A stretch of 63,240 nucleotides of DNA, the filler included, from Octopus bimaculoides (taxonomy: Eukaryota): the NCBI RefSeq assembly GCF_001194135.2. It is 7 parts of 7 records of this genome, joined end to end, with 100 filler letters (N's around TTAATTAATTAA, not from the genome) between each part and the next. Parts side by side here need not be neighbours in the genome. Positions count along the whole stretch, not along the records: positions 44,117 to 48,745 come from NC_068984.1; positions 48,846 to 55,509 come from NC_068981.1; positions 55,610 to 61,919 come from NC_069001.1; 4 more parts are not named here. The stretch is one strand, 5' to 3'. Both the position numbers and the translations under genes were made by a program. Every line of letters begins with the position of its first letter. Within the stretch, counting starts at the first letter, position 1. Of the stretch, positions 47,111-60,315 are shown one piece after another. The notes below the pieces were generated by a model. The model was not told the DNA's origin, did no database searches, and saw nothing but the letters and a program-made list of their open reading frames with translations.

Positions 47111-48039
47111 CAGGTCTTAAATAAACCGTGATACGCCGCATATCATAACGGTGCTCCTACGATTCCTTCAGGGATTGAGAGGCCCCAAGGAAGCCAAAGC
47201 ATTATTGGTCATTACTAGTCTGTATTTCGCTTAAGTATATTATATTCCTGTCTAACACTTCCATGCTATTAAAAACCAATGTAACTGCCGTATTTGATGG
47301 CATAATAGATGCAGAACTATACTAGAATCATTCCCAATTTCAGAAGCGTATATAAAAGAATTATTTTAGTGAATTAATATATTTAATTCATGCAATGCAT
47401 ATCCCGCATAAAAGACCCGGAGTGATTATCGAGACATAGTTCTGATGGAAGGAGCGCGTTTTATAAGCCATACGTCATCAAATGCTGCATGCGCTAATGG
47501 CTCACATTATGTACAGCTCCAATTTGTAGACGTTTAAATTTATGCATATTCTCGGCTCTGTGAATTATGTTTCAATCGTCAGATGTTGCTTATTAATCAA
47601 TACATATTTTTGCCTTTATGAAAAAGTTACCGTCACCTTAATTTTTCTCATAAATGTCATTTGGTCGATGCTAACGACGCTTTTTCCTGTATATTAACAT
47701 TCTATAATATAAAACAGTTTACCAGTGGGTGGTATTCGCTTCAGACATCTTATTCATGTACATATGTCATCTATGTCATCCACTGGTATTTTTACGTGGC
47801 TATTTTAAGTTCGCTTTCCTCATTGTATCGGGATTAAGGTGAATATTAAACCAAGGTCAAATGAAGGGGTATACACAAAGAAAGTTGTATAGCAAGTGCT
47901 TTAAGAGCTTGCACATTTGCAGCATTATATATATATATATATATATATATNNNNNNNNNNNNNNTTATTATTATTGTTATTATTATTATTATTATTATTA
48001 TTTTTATCATCATCATCGTTATTGTGAGCATGCATGGCC

Positions 48040-48112
48040 TAGAACGTAAAGACGGACGAAATGCCGCTAAGCATTTTGCCCAGGGTGCTAACAATTCTGC
48101 CATTTCAGCGCC
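48040..48112 (-). mobile_element. SINE family C head
   Basis: AGAACGTAAAGACGGACGAAATGCCGCTAAGCATTTTGCCCAGGGTGCTAACAATTCTGCC. Confidence 0.75.
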
Positions 48113-48845
48113 TTAACTGACAAATAATATTAAAGAAATGAAATCGAACCAGCTGCGGTCGATCATAACCTTTATCTATTTTTTACTCTAAGATCGATAT
48201 ATAACCAGTCATTTACTGGGGTCGATGTAGTCTTCACTAGTTGTGGATGTCTCATGCTAACGTAAGAAACTAATATATAATGTCAGTTGTAGTATATTAA
48301 ATTTTGTATTCTGTTAGCAAATTTCCATCTTATGAGAGACGTAACATACCACGAAATGAGATAACAATGTTAATAAGAGTTATCGCCTCTTGGGTCGACG
48401 ACAATATTGGTGGAATGACGAGAACCAAGAAGAGATTAATTAGATTGCGTATAATGCTACAAGTGGTTGCGAATAATTAAAGAATTAGGGGGAAAAATTA
48501 ACCAGAGAATCGCTAAATTATATGTCTCAGTCTCTCTTTATATATATATGTGTGTGTATGTGTGTGTGCGTGCGTGTGTGTGTGGGCGCGCGTGGTTCTG
48601 TGTGTATTTATATATATTTATAAACATATATATTTGTGTATACACACAGAGACACACACATACATGTATATATGTATGTATGTAAATATATATATATATA
48701 TATATATATTTGTGTGTGTGTGTGTCTGTGTGTGTGTGTGTGTATNNNNNNNNNNNNNNNNNNNNNNNNNNNNNNNNNNNNNNNNNNNNTTAATTAATTA
48801 ANNNNNNNNNNNNNNNNNNNNNNNNNNNNNNNNNNNNNNNNNNNN

Positions 48846-49654
48846 GTGCGTGCATATGTTTGGGTGTAGTATTGTGTTTTGTTTGTATTGTTTGTGCAGT
48901 GTGTGTATACGTGTGGGTGTGTTTCTGTGAGTGTGTCTATGTGTCTTGTATTTGTTCGGGTGGTGTGTGTGTTATTGCGTGTGTGTGCGTGCTTGTATGT
49001 GTGTATGTATGTATGTGTGTGTGTCTCTGAGTGTTTGTTGTGATTGTTGAGACAGTGTTGCGTGTATATATGTGTGTTTTTTCTTTGAGTGTGTGTGATT
49101 TTTTTTACTGGGGAACGGGCATATTGTGTTTGTGTGTGGGTACATATGTGTGTATACATGCGTGTGTGTGTGGGTGGGTTGCGTTGTATTTACGTGTTTG
49201 TGTCTGTATCTGTGTATGTGTGGGTATGTTTGTGCGAGTGTATCTTGTAATTGTCAGGGCGGTGTGTGTAGATGTGTGCATGTACGTGTTTACGTGTGTG
49301 TGTATGTGTGTTTGTCTGTGAGTGTTGGTTGTAATTGCTTGAATCGTATTGCATGTGTATAAATGTATGTTTTTTCTTGGAATGTGTGTGGGTTTGTGCT
49401 CGAGCGTGGGAATATTGTGTTTGTGCGTGTGTGTATATGTATGTGTGTGTTTGTGTGGGAGGTTTGCGTTGTTTTTGCGCGTGTATTTGTATATCTGTGT
49501 GTGTTTGTTGTGGATGTGTGCCTGGGGGGGGGTATGTTAGAGTATGTTGAGTTGTGGTCTGTATTTTTGAATAAATATATTTTCCTTATTTATTCGTGTT
49601 TGGTCAGTGGTGTTGTCTGGGCATTCGTACAGTGGGAAAATTAGGAATTTGGGG
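48846..49654. repeat. Highly degenerate GT-rich microsatellite-like tract
   Basis: Noisy (GT)n-like text starting immediately after an assembly linker. Confidence 0.7.
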
Positions 49655-50459
49655 NNNNNNNNNNNNNNNNNNNNNNNNNNNNNNNNNNNNNNNNNNNNNN
49701 NNNNNNNNNNNNNNNNNNNNNNNNNNNNNNNNNNNNNNNNNNNNNNNNNNNNNNNNNNNNNNNNNNNNNNNNNNNNNNNNNNNNNNNNNNNNNNNNNNNN
49801 NNNNNNNNNNNNNNNNNNNNNNNNNNNNNNNNNNNNNNNNNNNNNNNNNNNNNNNNNNNNNNNNNNNNNNNNNNNNNNNNNNNNNNNNNNNNNNNNNNNN
49901 NNNNNNNNNNNNNNNNNNNNNNNNNNNNNNNNNNNNNNNNNNNNNNNNNNNNNNNNNNNNNNNNNNNNAAGTACACACACATATACAAGCACACAAACAT
50001 GAACACAAACAGGCACATGGATTTGCAGAATACATACATACCTACAAACGTGCACACAAGCATACATATATATATATGCATACACACATACATGCATACA
50101 CACATAGATGCATACACACACTGACATACATACATACATACACACACATACATGCATACATACAAACATATGTGTATGCACATGCACACTGACGCACATG
50201 CATGCACACAAACAAACAAAAAAAGAACGTAATTCCGATAACGGACACAGACGACCGCAACAATATCAAGAACACGACAAATAACGACAGCAGCAGCGGC
50301 GGTAACAACGATTGGTGCAATATCGAGAATAACCAGCCGAAATTGCAAAGATAATCTGGATCTCGACTGAAGAGAGAAAACTCCGAATGACATGTCCGTG
50401 TTTTCTTTGTATCATCTATCTGGATGTTTTGCGTTCTTGTCCCATTTTGTATTATATAC

Positions 50460-50541
<82 letters not shown>

Positions 50542-51269
50542 GCTTATATATTTATATTGGTCATAAAAATGTACTATACTAAGATGAGAGTACGAATTTC
50601 TTAACTCGACATATATTTTAGTAAGCTCGCAACTACGCAATAACCGTAATGTTCATAATTTGCAGATGGAATATAGAAGCGTTTCTTGGATATGCAACAA
50701 ATAAACAGTCACACAGAGATATTACCATAAATCCGGTTCTCTTCAGCAAGATAAAGTTGACAAAAGCAATTTATATAGTACTACTCGAGATTTAAATGTT
50801 GAAGTGAAAGAATAGGAAAAATAACAACAAAAGACAAGGGAAGGGAGTATATTAGTGACGTAGAAAGTGGTCACAGATGTAGAGAAGAAGAAATGAAAGG
50901 CATGGATAGGGAGAGAGATTTCTTTGATATAGGGGCAATGAACAGAGGTAGAACAAATGAAACGGAGACAGGAGGAGAGGAGGTAAAGTTAAGGTAAGAT
51001 TGGTGAATGGAGTGCCACTGGTGGTCGGGTATCTCACTAAGTAGACTTTAAATCGATTAGAATGGTAGCTGAATACAGAGAGAGGCAGGAAGCGGTAAGC
51101 AATGACCGAAAGGAATAAGAGAAGGCGTAACGGAGGAGGAAGCTATGCTGAGATAAGGAAGATGGTACAAGTAGAATAGAGAAAGAGAATGCTGCTAGCA
51201 TTGCTAAATAATAAGAGCATAACCACAGTTAAGAGAAATCGTAAAAACTTTATGTAATGAGCAAAGTGG

Positions 51270-51560
51270 AATAAAATTTGTACTTACACGCAAAAATTAC
51301 ATCAGAGAATCAATTAAGTAACGAGGTATTACGTTGGTGAAGGATAGCGAGCGATTACCTGCAACACAACTTACAAGCACAGTGGTTAGTATTGTACAGG
51401 TAAGCCCCCACAAACTACGGACTAAGATAAGTAATATTCTGTGACTTGAGGTGGTGTATGTCTGTGACTAGGAAGCTAGAGAGTTTACAGGCTCTATTTG
51501 TAAACAAATTCATATGAGGCCGGTAGGGGCACATGAATTATTAGGTAAATCTGAGCTTCC
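51270..51560 (-). mobile_element. Second Naiad-type PLE GIY-YIG C-terminal remnant; pyrimidine-rich 3' region extends to ~50820
   Basis: CKLSSF..IHHLKSQNITY...VGAYLYNTNHCACKLCCR*SLAILHQRNTSLLN*FSDVIFACKYKF. Confidence 0.6.
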
Positions 51561-51639
51561 TGAAACAGCGGTCGAGTGAAGAAATTATGTACTTTCTTCT
51601 TCGTATTCAGCATTTTTTATGATCTCTGCAAATATATTT

Positions 51640-51682
<43 letters not shown>

Positions 51683-51954
51683 TTCACATACACACACACA
51701 CACACACACACACATGTAAGTATGTGTGTGAGCGTATGTGTTTATCTTTCTGAATATATGTAGTTATATGCGTTTATGTGAATCTATCTAGCTATCTACG
51801 CACACATACATACACGCATAAATTTATCACTGATTGCTAGAACATTTAGTGAACAGTTTGAATGGATGCTTATGCTTCACTTCTGGTTTGAGCTTTTTAC
51901 AAACTTCACACAAACCTGGGTAACATATCAATAGAAAACATCGTTCAACACAGC

Positions 51955-52027
51955 AGAGTATTGAGGTCGATGTAATCGAATAGGCTCCTCACCAAAAATT
52001 TCAGGCCTTGTGCTTATAGTAGAAAGG

Positions 52028-52075
<48 letters not shown>
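51955..52075 (+). mobile_element. SINE family C 3' end with (TTA)n tail
   Basis: GAGGTCGATGTAATCGA...AAATTTCAGGCCTTGTGCTTATAGTAGAAAGGATTATTATT. Confidence 0.7.
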
Positions 52076-52807
<732 letters not shown>

Positions 52808-52824
52808 ATCATCACCATCATCAT

Positions 52825-55189
52825 TTTATCACAGGTTTTGTTGGCGCTCCTGGAATTTTGCATGCGTAGCGGGCTTACTATCTGAAGTCTGTGGTACCAT
52901 GCTATTTGTTCTTTTCGGCAATCTAACACTTAACTGATTATTCTGGCCGTGCCAAGGAGGCAAAACTTTGGTGACTTCTACTAGGCATTCTATTCCAATT
53001 TCTTTTATATTTCTTTGAAGCCTTCTGATACTGTACTCAAGGACCCAACAATAATTGACACTTCCTTCACCTTCATTTTCCATACCCAGGCTATTTCGTA
53101 CTTTCGTTGTGTCTCTCTATCTTTTCGCCTTCCTGCTTGACTATTCGTGGGTCAAAGGGGCATGTAACTTCAACTAGCATATGTAATGCATCTTGTCCAC
53201 CACTACTAGGTCCGGTCTGTTATGCTCTAGCACTTGATCTGTTTCGATTGAGAAATCCCAGACGATTCTGATAGTCTCTGACCCTGTCACTCACTGTTGT
53301 TTGTGCTCATATCACGTCTTGTCTCTCTCTAACCCTCTCTTTTTGCACAGTTTCCAATGTTGCACTTTCGCTACCTGGTCGTGTTGTTTTGGGCAAGTCT
53401 AGGGCATTCGTTTGTGATATGGGCAATGGTTTCAACCCCTCTATTGCAGATGCGACACAGCGGAGACACTTGCTCATTCCTCAGGTTGACCCTCCAGTTC
53501 GTGGCCAGAGCTTGGTCCTGCGCTGCCTGTATAGTGCCTTAGGTCTCTTTTTTTAGGGTTCTTTCATCAGTCATTCCCAGCTATTTTTTCTAGTAACCTC
53601 TGATGAGTCTACATGGAATTGATTGTGTAGTCCCTTCTTGCGTAATTCTTCATGTCATTTTTGTACTTCTTCCTTTGTTTTCCATCTTTGTCTGCTCTCA
53701 ATACTCCCTCATTCCTAACTGTCACTAGCAAGGTTTCCTTACTTTGGGTTAGGTAACTCATTATACTCACGAGCTCGATACATGCGCAGTCTTCCAAACT
53801 TATCAGTCCCCTTCCTCCATTTACTCTCTTTATGTATAGGCGATCAGTGTCTGAACGTGGTTGATGGACTCCATGCAGCGTTAGGAGCTTTCTTGACTTC
53901 CTGTCCATCTCCTTTAGCTCCTCCTCTATCCACTTCAGGATTCCAGCGCCATACCGAACTACTACAACCGCGCGCGTGTTTATTGCTTAAATTATGTTTC
54001 TGGCATTGAGCGTTGAAGCCAATATGTTTCTCGCTCGCTGCGGGTACTCTCTTTTTGTCTTTTCCATCATATCGTGGTGTTTGATTCCATCAGCCTCAAG
54101 TATTCCCAGGTATTCATAGTTGGATTGAGGTTGAATTGCCTTCATTATTTCACCACTTGGCAACTATATGCCTTCTGTCTTGGCAAGCTTTCCTCGTCTC
54201 ATCACCATCGTAGTACATTTTAAGAAGCTAAACTTTATCTTAATATCTTTGGAGAAAATCCGCATAGACTGGAAGAAGCTATCCAGTTCTATCTCAGTTT
54301 TTGTGAATAGCTTCAGGTCGTCCATGAATAGCAAGTGGTTTAGTTTTTCCTTACCTCTTTGGAGATCATACCCCAACTTTGTTTTCTGTAGTATTTCACC
54401 CAAGGAGATCATTACTGCCACGAACATTGTTTCCCTGGAAGATTCCTTTCTTGATTTTCGTCTCTCCTATTACTTGCTTCCCTGCTGTCAATTCCGTTCT
54501 CCAGTATTTCATGCCATTCTATATAAGGCTTCTTATTATCCAGGAGTGTGGTGTCATATGGTATGCTCTGCGATAGTTAACCCATGTCATGCTCAGGTTT
54601 GTATGTCTTCTCTTGGAGTTCCTGATAATTAGATTACCAATTAAGAGCTGATCCTTCGTTAACCCGGATCCTTTTTCCGCACCCATTCTGTTCAATGGGT
54701 AGTAGCTCACTTCTTTCCAAGTATCTGTACAGTTCACCGGCCGAAGCACCTGACATTAGTTTCCACATTAGCGGAAGGCATGTTATTGCTTTGAAGTTGG
54801 ATGCAACATTTCCCTTTTCAGCATCCTTGGTACATAAAACAATGTCCTCTTTGTCATCCAGCTGGGTACTGCGCCTTCCTGCAAGTACTCATCTAGCTGT
54901 TGTGCTCTACTTTCATTAGAGCCCTCTCAGCTTCTGCATCCAATACCCTTAGACCCAATCCGGTCCTGGGCTCTTCCAATTTAGAAATTTTCTTAACTGC
55001 TTTTTTACCATTTCTGTAGTTATCTTTTTGTCTTCTTTCACTTCTATAGTTCTTAACCTCTCTTAGATTTCATGCAGCCACTCCACTTCATCATTATGCT
55101 CTACAGGTTGGTCTCAGATTCCTCTCCAGAATGCCTTGCTTTCCTCTGCATCTGGTATCATTGAAACAGTTTCTTCTGATTTGATTCAT
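52825..55189 (-). mobile_element. Dong/R4 LINE copy B (5'-truncated, RT plus CCHC plus REL endonuclease), pseudogene
   Basis: KGSGLTKDQLLI...WVNYRRAYHMTPHSWI, LNHLLFMDDLKLF, RSDTDRLYIKRVNGGRGLISLEDC, VWDFSIETDQVLEHNRPDLVVVDK, CLLGTARII; flanked by (TAA)n on both sides. Confidence 0.93.
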
Positions 55190-55260
55190 ATTATTATTAT
55201 TGTTATTATTATTATTGTTGTTGTTGTTGCTATTATTATTATTATTATCATTATTATTAT

Positions 55261-55509
55261 TCAGTAGTTTTATTTTTATAACGTGCTTTCACTTCACTAC
55301 CGAGCGCAGCTCTGTGCGCCTTGGGTATATGCTGTGGTTTGCTGTGGTGCTCTTATGTTTACTGTATTGAAAGTGTTTTGCGTAGAATGTGTGCAGTACC
55401 CAGTAGTGCAATTTTCTGTATGTTATATATATTTGTAAGTCCTGGTGTTTTTGTTATGTATTTGTCTGAATATTTTTTTATTATACCTAAGGCACCTACT
55501 ATGATAGGA
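55261..55509 (-). mobile_element. Dong/R4 LINE copy C, 3' end cut by gap
   Basis: Differs from copy A at only 2 positions seen over ~173 bp; (TAA)n tail at 55190-55260. Confidence 0.9.
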
Positions 55510-55758
55510 NNNNNNNNNNNNNNNNNNNNNNNNNNNNNNNNNNNNNNNNNNNNTTAATTAATTAANNNNNNNNNNNNNNNNNNNNNNNNNNNNNNNNNNN
55601 NNNNNNNNNTATTATTTATATATAGAGGGTGATAAATTGAATATTAATTCAATTTGAAAGCAAGTGGCCTAGCATATAAAAAAAATCTGAAAATTCAGAA
55701 AAAATTGTACTACACGTGTATAAGGGATGACCACTAGGTGGACATACAATATGCTAGA

Positions 55759-55822
55759 AAGAGGTCATCAACGACCAAACCACAAAGAAAGAATAATGTT
55801 CTCCAGAACACACACACATATA

Positions 55823-55858
<36 letters not shown>

Positions 55859-55920
55859 CATATATATATGTTCTGGAGAACATTATTTTTTCTTTGTGGT
55901 TGAGTCGTTGATGACCTCTT
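55759..55920. repeat. 52-bp inverted repeat enclosing a (TA)n spacer
   Basis: 55759-55810 versus 55869-55920, 3 mismatches. Confidence 0.85.
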
Positions 55921-55925
55921 AATAT

Positions 55926-56340
55926 AGGCGTAAGAGTGTCTGTGTGGTAAGTAGGTTGCTTACAAACCACATGGTTCCGGGTTCAGTCCCACTGCATGAC
56001 ACCTTGGGCAAGTGTCTTCAACTATAACATCAGGCCGACGAAAGCCTTGTGAGTGGATTTAGACTGAAACTGAAAGAAGCCCATCGTATATATATATATA
56101 TATATATATACATATATATGTATGCATATTTGTGTGTCTGTGTTTGTTCCCCCAACGTCGCTTGACAACCGATGCTGGTGTGTTTATGTCCCCGTAACTT
56201 AGCGGTTTGGCAAAACAGACCGATAGAATAAGTACTAGGCCTACAAAGAATAAGTACTGGGGTCGATTGCTCGACTAAAGGCGGTGCTCCAGCATGGCCA
56301 CAGTCAAATGACTGAAACAAGTAAAAGAGTAAAAGAGAAT
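55926..56340 (+). mobile_element. SINE family A, full length with internal (TA)n/(TG) microsatellite
   Basis: Head, (TA)n at ~56087, 3' half ending GCGGTGCTCCAGCATGGCCACAGTCAAATGACTGAAACAAGTAAAAGAGTAAAAGAG. Confidence 0.9.
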
Positions 56341-56747
56341 ATACACATATGCACAAACCCTCACATGCATAAATATGCATAAATGTGTGTATGTTTGTGT
56401 TTGTGTACAGCATTTTCTATGACATTTCTTCATTTACCTTCCCTTAAAGATGTCTATGTCAGCTGATGTTCCTTAGAGTTTCTCCCATCTTTTACTATTT
56501 CTCCCTTATGTAAACACTTGCTACATCCCTACTTTCATTTACATTACTGCAAACCTTGCTCTCCCCCACCACTCTCTCCCTGTCTCACACTAATCATAAG
56601 TTATATATCCTTCAAAAGCAGCTGACATTTCTTTTCTCCTGGATGAAAGATTCTTCACTCTTCATGGCATAAAATTTATTTCCTTCTGCTTTTGACCTCT
56701 TTGCATTCTTATTTTTCCATTACAGAGCTTCACTACATTCCCTAGGT

Positions 56748-56749
<2 letters not shown>

Positions 56750-56793
<44 letters not shown>

Positions 56794-56977
56794 TAAATAT
56801 ATATATAAATATAAATACATATATATATATATGAATATATATTTATATATATATATATACATACAAACACACACTAATATATATATATATATATATACAC
56901 ACATACATATATATATATTTACGTATGTGTTAATTTATACACACATATATATACATATATATATATATGCATATATT

Positions 56978-57010
<33 letters not shown>

Positions 57011-57071
57011 GTAAATATATATGCATATATATATGTATATATGCATGTATATATGTATATATATGTGTGTA

Positions 57072-57105
<34 letters not shown>

Positions 57106-57186
57106 TGCACACACACATTTATATATATATATATATTTACTTATATATACACATAGATGTGCATATAAGCATTTATATGCACATAT

Positions 57187-57221
<35 letters not shown>

Positions 57222-57230
57222 CATGTATCT
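56750..57230. repeat. Long (TA)/(CA) compound microsatellite
   Basis: Direct inspection. Confidence 0.9.
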
Positions 57231-57459
57231 ATGTGTGGGTGTGGTTTAGGACATGTAGATGAATATTTCCTGACATTTCATAGGAATAAGTAAAATATCA
57301 CCTGTCAATCAGTCCCCTTCCACGTACTAGAAAGGATAACTGAAACTCCCTCAAACAACATAGCACATTTCAATAGACTGTTCCTCACATGAGACTTAAT
57401 GGTCATAACTGGAAGGCCTTCAATCATAGGTCGGTTTGACCAAGGTTCACAGTGTGTAT

Positions 57460-57850
57460 GTAACTACTACTTGTACTTCTACCACCATCACCACCACCAC
57501 TGCCATCATCACAATTACTTTTTCTACCTTCACCCCCCCCACCACCACTTCTACTACTACTGGTACCACTAATACTACCACCACCACCACCACCACCACC
57601 AGCAGCACTACTACCAGCACCAGCACTAGCACCAGCACCACCACCACCACCATCACTACTATCACCACCAGCACCACCAGCACCAGCACCAGCACTACAA
57701 CTACAACCACCGAAGCCACCACCACCACCACTTCTACTACTACTATTACCACCACCAGCACCACCACTACTACCACCACCATCAGCAGCAGCAGCAGCAC
57801 CCCCCACTACTACTACTACTACTTGCTACTTACTACCTACTATATATGCT
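57460..57850. repeat. (ACC/ACT/AGC) trinucleotide complex repeat
   Basis: Poly-Thr/Gly/Val readings are low-complexity artefacts. Confidence 0.85.
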
Positions 57851-57954
57851 GCTACTGTACATGAATTTTCTATCTGAGCTGGCTATCCAGGACTTACCTC
57901 ATCCACTTAACCATTCCATGTACACTACATGGAAATGATTGTCTGCTGCAGCTT

Positions 57955-58197
57955 GAGAAAGACGACTCTGCAATTCTTTGTTGAACGACCTGCACCAAAT
58001 GATTTGTTTGTCTTGATCAAATGTATGTGCCACACATTAGCTCGCTCCCTCCACCACTGACATGGTGTGTCACTCATGAGGTGCCAAAGTAATTACAGAG
58101 CTTCATGAGATGAAGTATTTTGCTCAAGAACACAATGCACCTCCTGGTCTTGGAATTGAAACCATGATCTCATGATCATGGGTGCAGCACCCTAACC
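57955..58197 (-). mobile_element. SINE family D copy, diverged
   Basis: TTTTGCTCAAGAACACAATGC...GGAATTGAAACCATGATCTC...CCCTAACCACTAGGCC. Confidence 0.7.
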
Positions 58198-58494
58198 ACT
58201 AGGCCCTGTGCTCTCACACAATATTGATAACGTAAGCGAATACAGTCATTACAAAAATTTTAGTCTGTGATTAATAGCATTCATCTCAATATATAATTAA
58301 TACTTTATTTACTTAAAGTATTAAATTCACAATAAAACTTTTAATGACTTTTTGAAATCGGTTTTAATGATTTCTATTAAAATAACTTGATCCATCAATT
58401 AGCTGTTTCTGTAGTTGCTTCCTACCAGAGCATCTCGGTTGCTGACATTGTCATAGTTGGTAATGATATTGCTTTGACAGTCATTGTAAATGAT

Positions 58495-59029
58495 GGCACT
58501 AGGACAAAATCCCACCAAGGACAAAATCCTTACTGGACAGAATCCCCACTAGACAGAATCCCCCACTGGGGGAGTAAAAGGTGATGAGCTGGCAGAATTG
58601 TTAGCACACTGGGCGAAATGCTTAGTGGTATTTCGTTCGCCATTATGTTTTGAGTTCAAATTCCACTGAGGTCGACTTTGCCTTTCATCCTTTCGGGGTT
58701 GATAAATTAACTCCTAGTTACACACTGGGGTCGATGTAATCGACTTAATACCTTTGTCTGTCCTTATTTTCCCCTCCTATGTTTAGCCCCTTGTGAGCAA
58801 TAACGAAATAAGAATATCCCACTGGACAGAATCCCCTGGTAGTCAATATTCCCTGGGATATTGTTCTTTCTTTACAATAAAAATGTTTTAGGAAAGTGAA
58901 ACTTTATAAAAAAATTCAAAATATTTATTAGTTGATATTTTTGTGTAAAATTTGTCCAAGGGAATTTTGTGCTTGGTGGATTTTGTCCTCAGTGGGATTT
59001 TGTCCTCAGTAGGATTTTGTCCTAATACC
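58495..59029. mobile_element. MITE with GG-starting TIRs and reiterated GGACAAAATCC subterminal repeats, with a nested SINE
   Basis: Left end GGCACTAGGACAAAATCCC, right end reverse complement GGTATTAGGACAAAATCC; several AGGACA(A/G)AATCC units on each side; no convincing TSD. Confidence 0.75.
58580..58814 (+). mobile_element. SINE family C variant with a LINE-like tail, nested in the MITE
   Basis: Standard head and centre; tail TTTTCCCCTCCTATGTTTAGCCCCTTGTGAGCAATAACGAAA resembles the 19958/32535 tails. Confidence 0.8.
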
Positions 59030-59136
59030 TGACGGATAATCTGAGTGAACACGTATTACACGTCCTGCTTCATCAGTATCTCACACACAAACATCTCAGA
59101 CTCTCGATTTACAATTTACTGCATTCATATATTTAA

Positions 59137-59807
59137 CCCTTCAGTATTCAAATTATTCTGTCAAATATAATGTCTGTTTTTTTTTTATATTAAATTAATC
59201 ATACATTATCCAGAAGGTGAGAAATGTTGAGGATTTATTTTTTATCTTATTCTATTATTGTGGCTGGGTTCTAACCCAGGCCACAGCAACAAAGTCCACC
59301 CGCTACACTTCTTGGTCCATCATCACTGCCTTGAAGTTCTAGATATATTCCAGGCCAGTGTCTACAATCAAGTTGTTGATGTAAGTGTGACAACGTTTTC
59401 CTCTTCTTATGTCACCATGAAGTGCCTTCCTCAAGACTAATTTTGACACTTTCAGTTCAGAGTGACACACACATATACAGACCAGATAGTTGCAGCTGTC
59501 TTTGTCTGATCATTTCGCTAACTTTCAGTATACGTGTCCTTAAAGGCATTCTTTTATCCTATGTTGCTGCCTTTTCACATTTAGGGCCCCTTGTAGCACC
59601 CTTGTGTAGCATCCATTGAGTCCGTTTGATAATTTCTTTGTCAGTGTCTATGTTTCACTGCCATATAATAGCACTGATTTCAATGATATAATTAATCAGT
59701 TTTAGAATGATATTGTAGTGTTGAAGCAAGAGGTCAGATCTGGTCAGTTTCAACATACAACAGGCTAAATATTTGGGCTGATTATGGCCAGTTTGAATGC
59801 TAAAGGG
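59137..59807. mobile_element. piggyBac-type MITE (TTAA TSD, CCC...GGG ends)
   Basis: TTAA|CCCTTCAGTATTCAAA ... TTTGAATGCTAAAGGG|TTAA (14/16 TIR match). Confidence 0.85.
59245..59692 (-). mobile_element. RTE-clade LINE 3' fragment nested in the piggyBac MITE
   Basis: KSVLLYGSET*TLTKKLSNGLNGCYTRVL matches the RTE post-RT VLLYGSETW...LDGCYTRML signature. Confidence 0.75.
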
Positions 59808-60148
59808 TTAATGATGCTTCTGATTATATATCCAATTGCAATAGCTGGCCTTTCTGCTGTATCTCTAGTCGGTAGATCTTTACTTTCTCTTACGTGAATG
59901 AATCCTGTAAATTCTGGAATCACTTATAGAAGCAGTTCCTTCCAACCCTCACCTTACTGTCTTCTTGATATCAGTGAGACAAGTCAGCTGCTGTCACATT
60001 TTCCTCAAGGATTCCTTGATTCACATTGCTTTGTCATTTTTAACACCTCATGACTTAATCCTCCATGGTTGATCATTCTCAAATCTTTTACTTTCAGCTT
60101 CTCTTTTTAACAGAGGAGTCATACTGTGGGAGCCTTTTCCAACTACAA

Positions 60149-60220
<72 letters not shown>

Positions 60221-60225
<5 letters not shown>

Positions 60226-60315
60226 AAACAGTACAGCAAACATTAAGGCAAGGCAACCATCTCAAGTTGTATACAATGTTTGCCTTGCCTTAATGTTTGC
60301 TGTCCTGTTTAACAA
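60221..60315. repeat. Near-perfect hairpin (36-bp arms, 1 mismatch)
   Basis: 60221-60256 pairs with 60280-60315; 23-nt loop containing a further CAT/ATG pairing. Confidence 0.95.

Noticed and set aside
48846-49654. Irregular GT-rich tract as a possible coded repeat
   Set aside because: It begins at an assembly linker and looks like decayed or low-quality microsatellite sequence.
50364-50392. CTGAAGA-GAG-AAAA-CTC-CGAAT hammerhead-like string
   Set aside because: There is no GAAA adjacent to stem II and no stem I or III.
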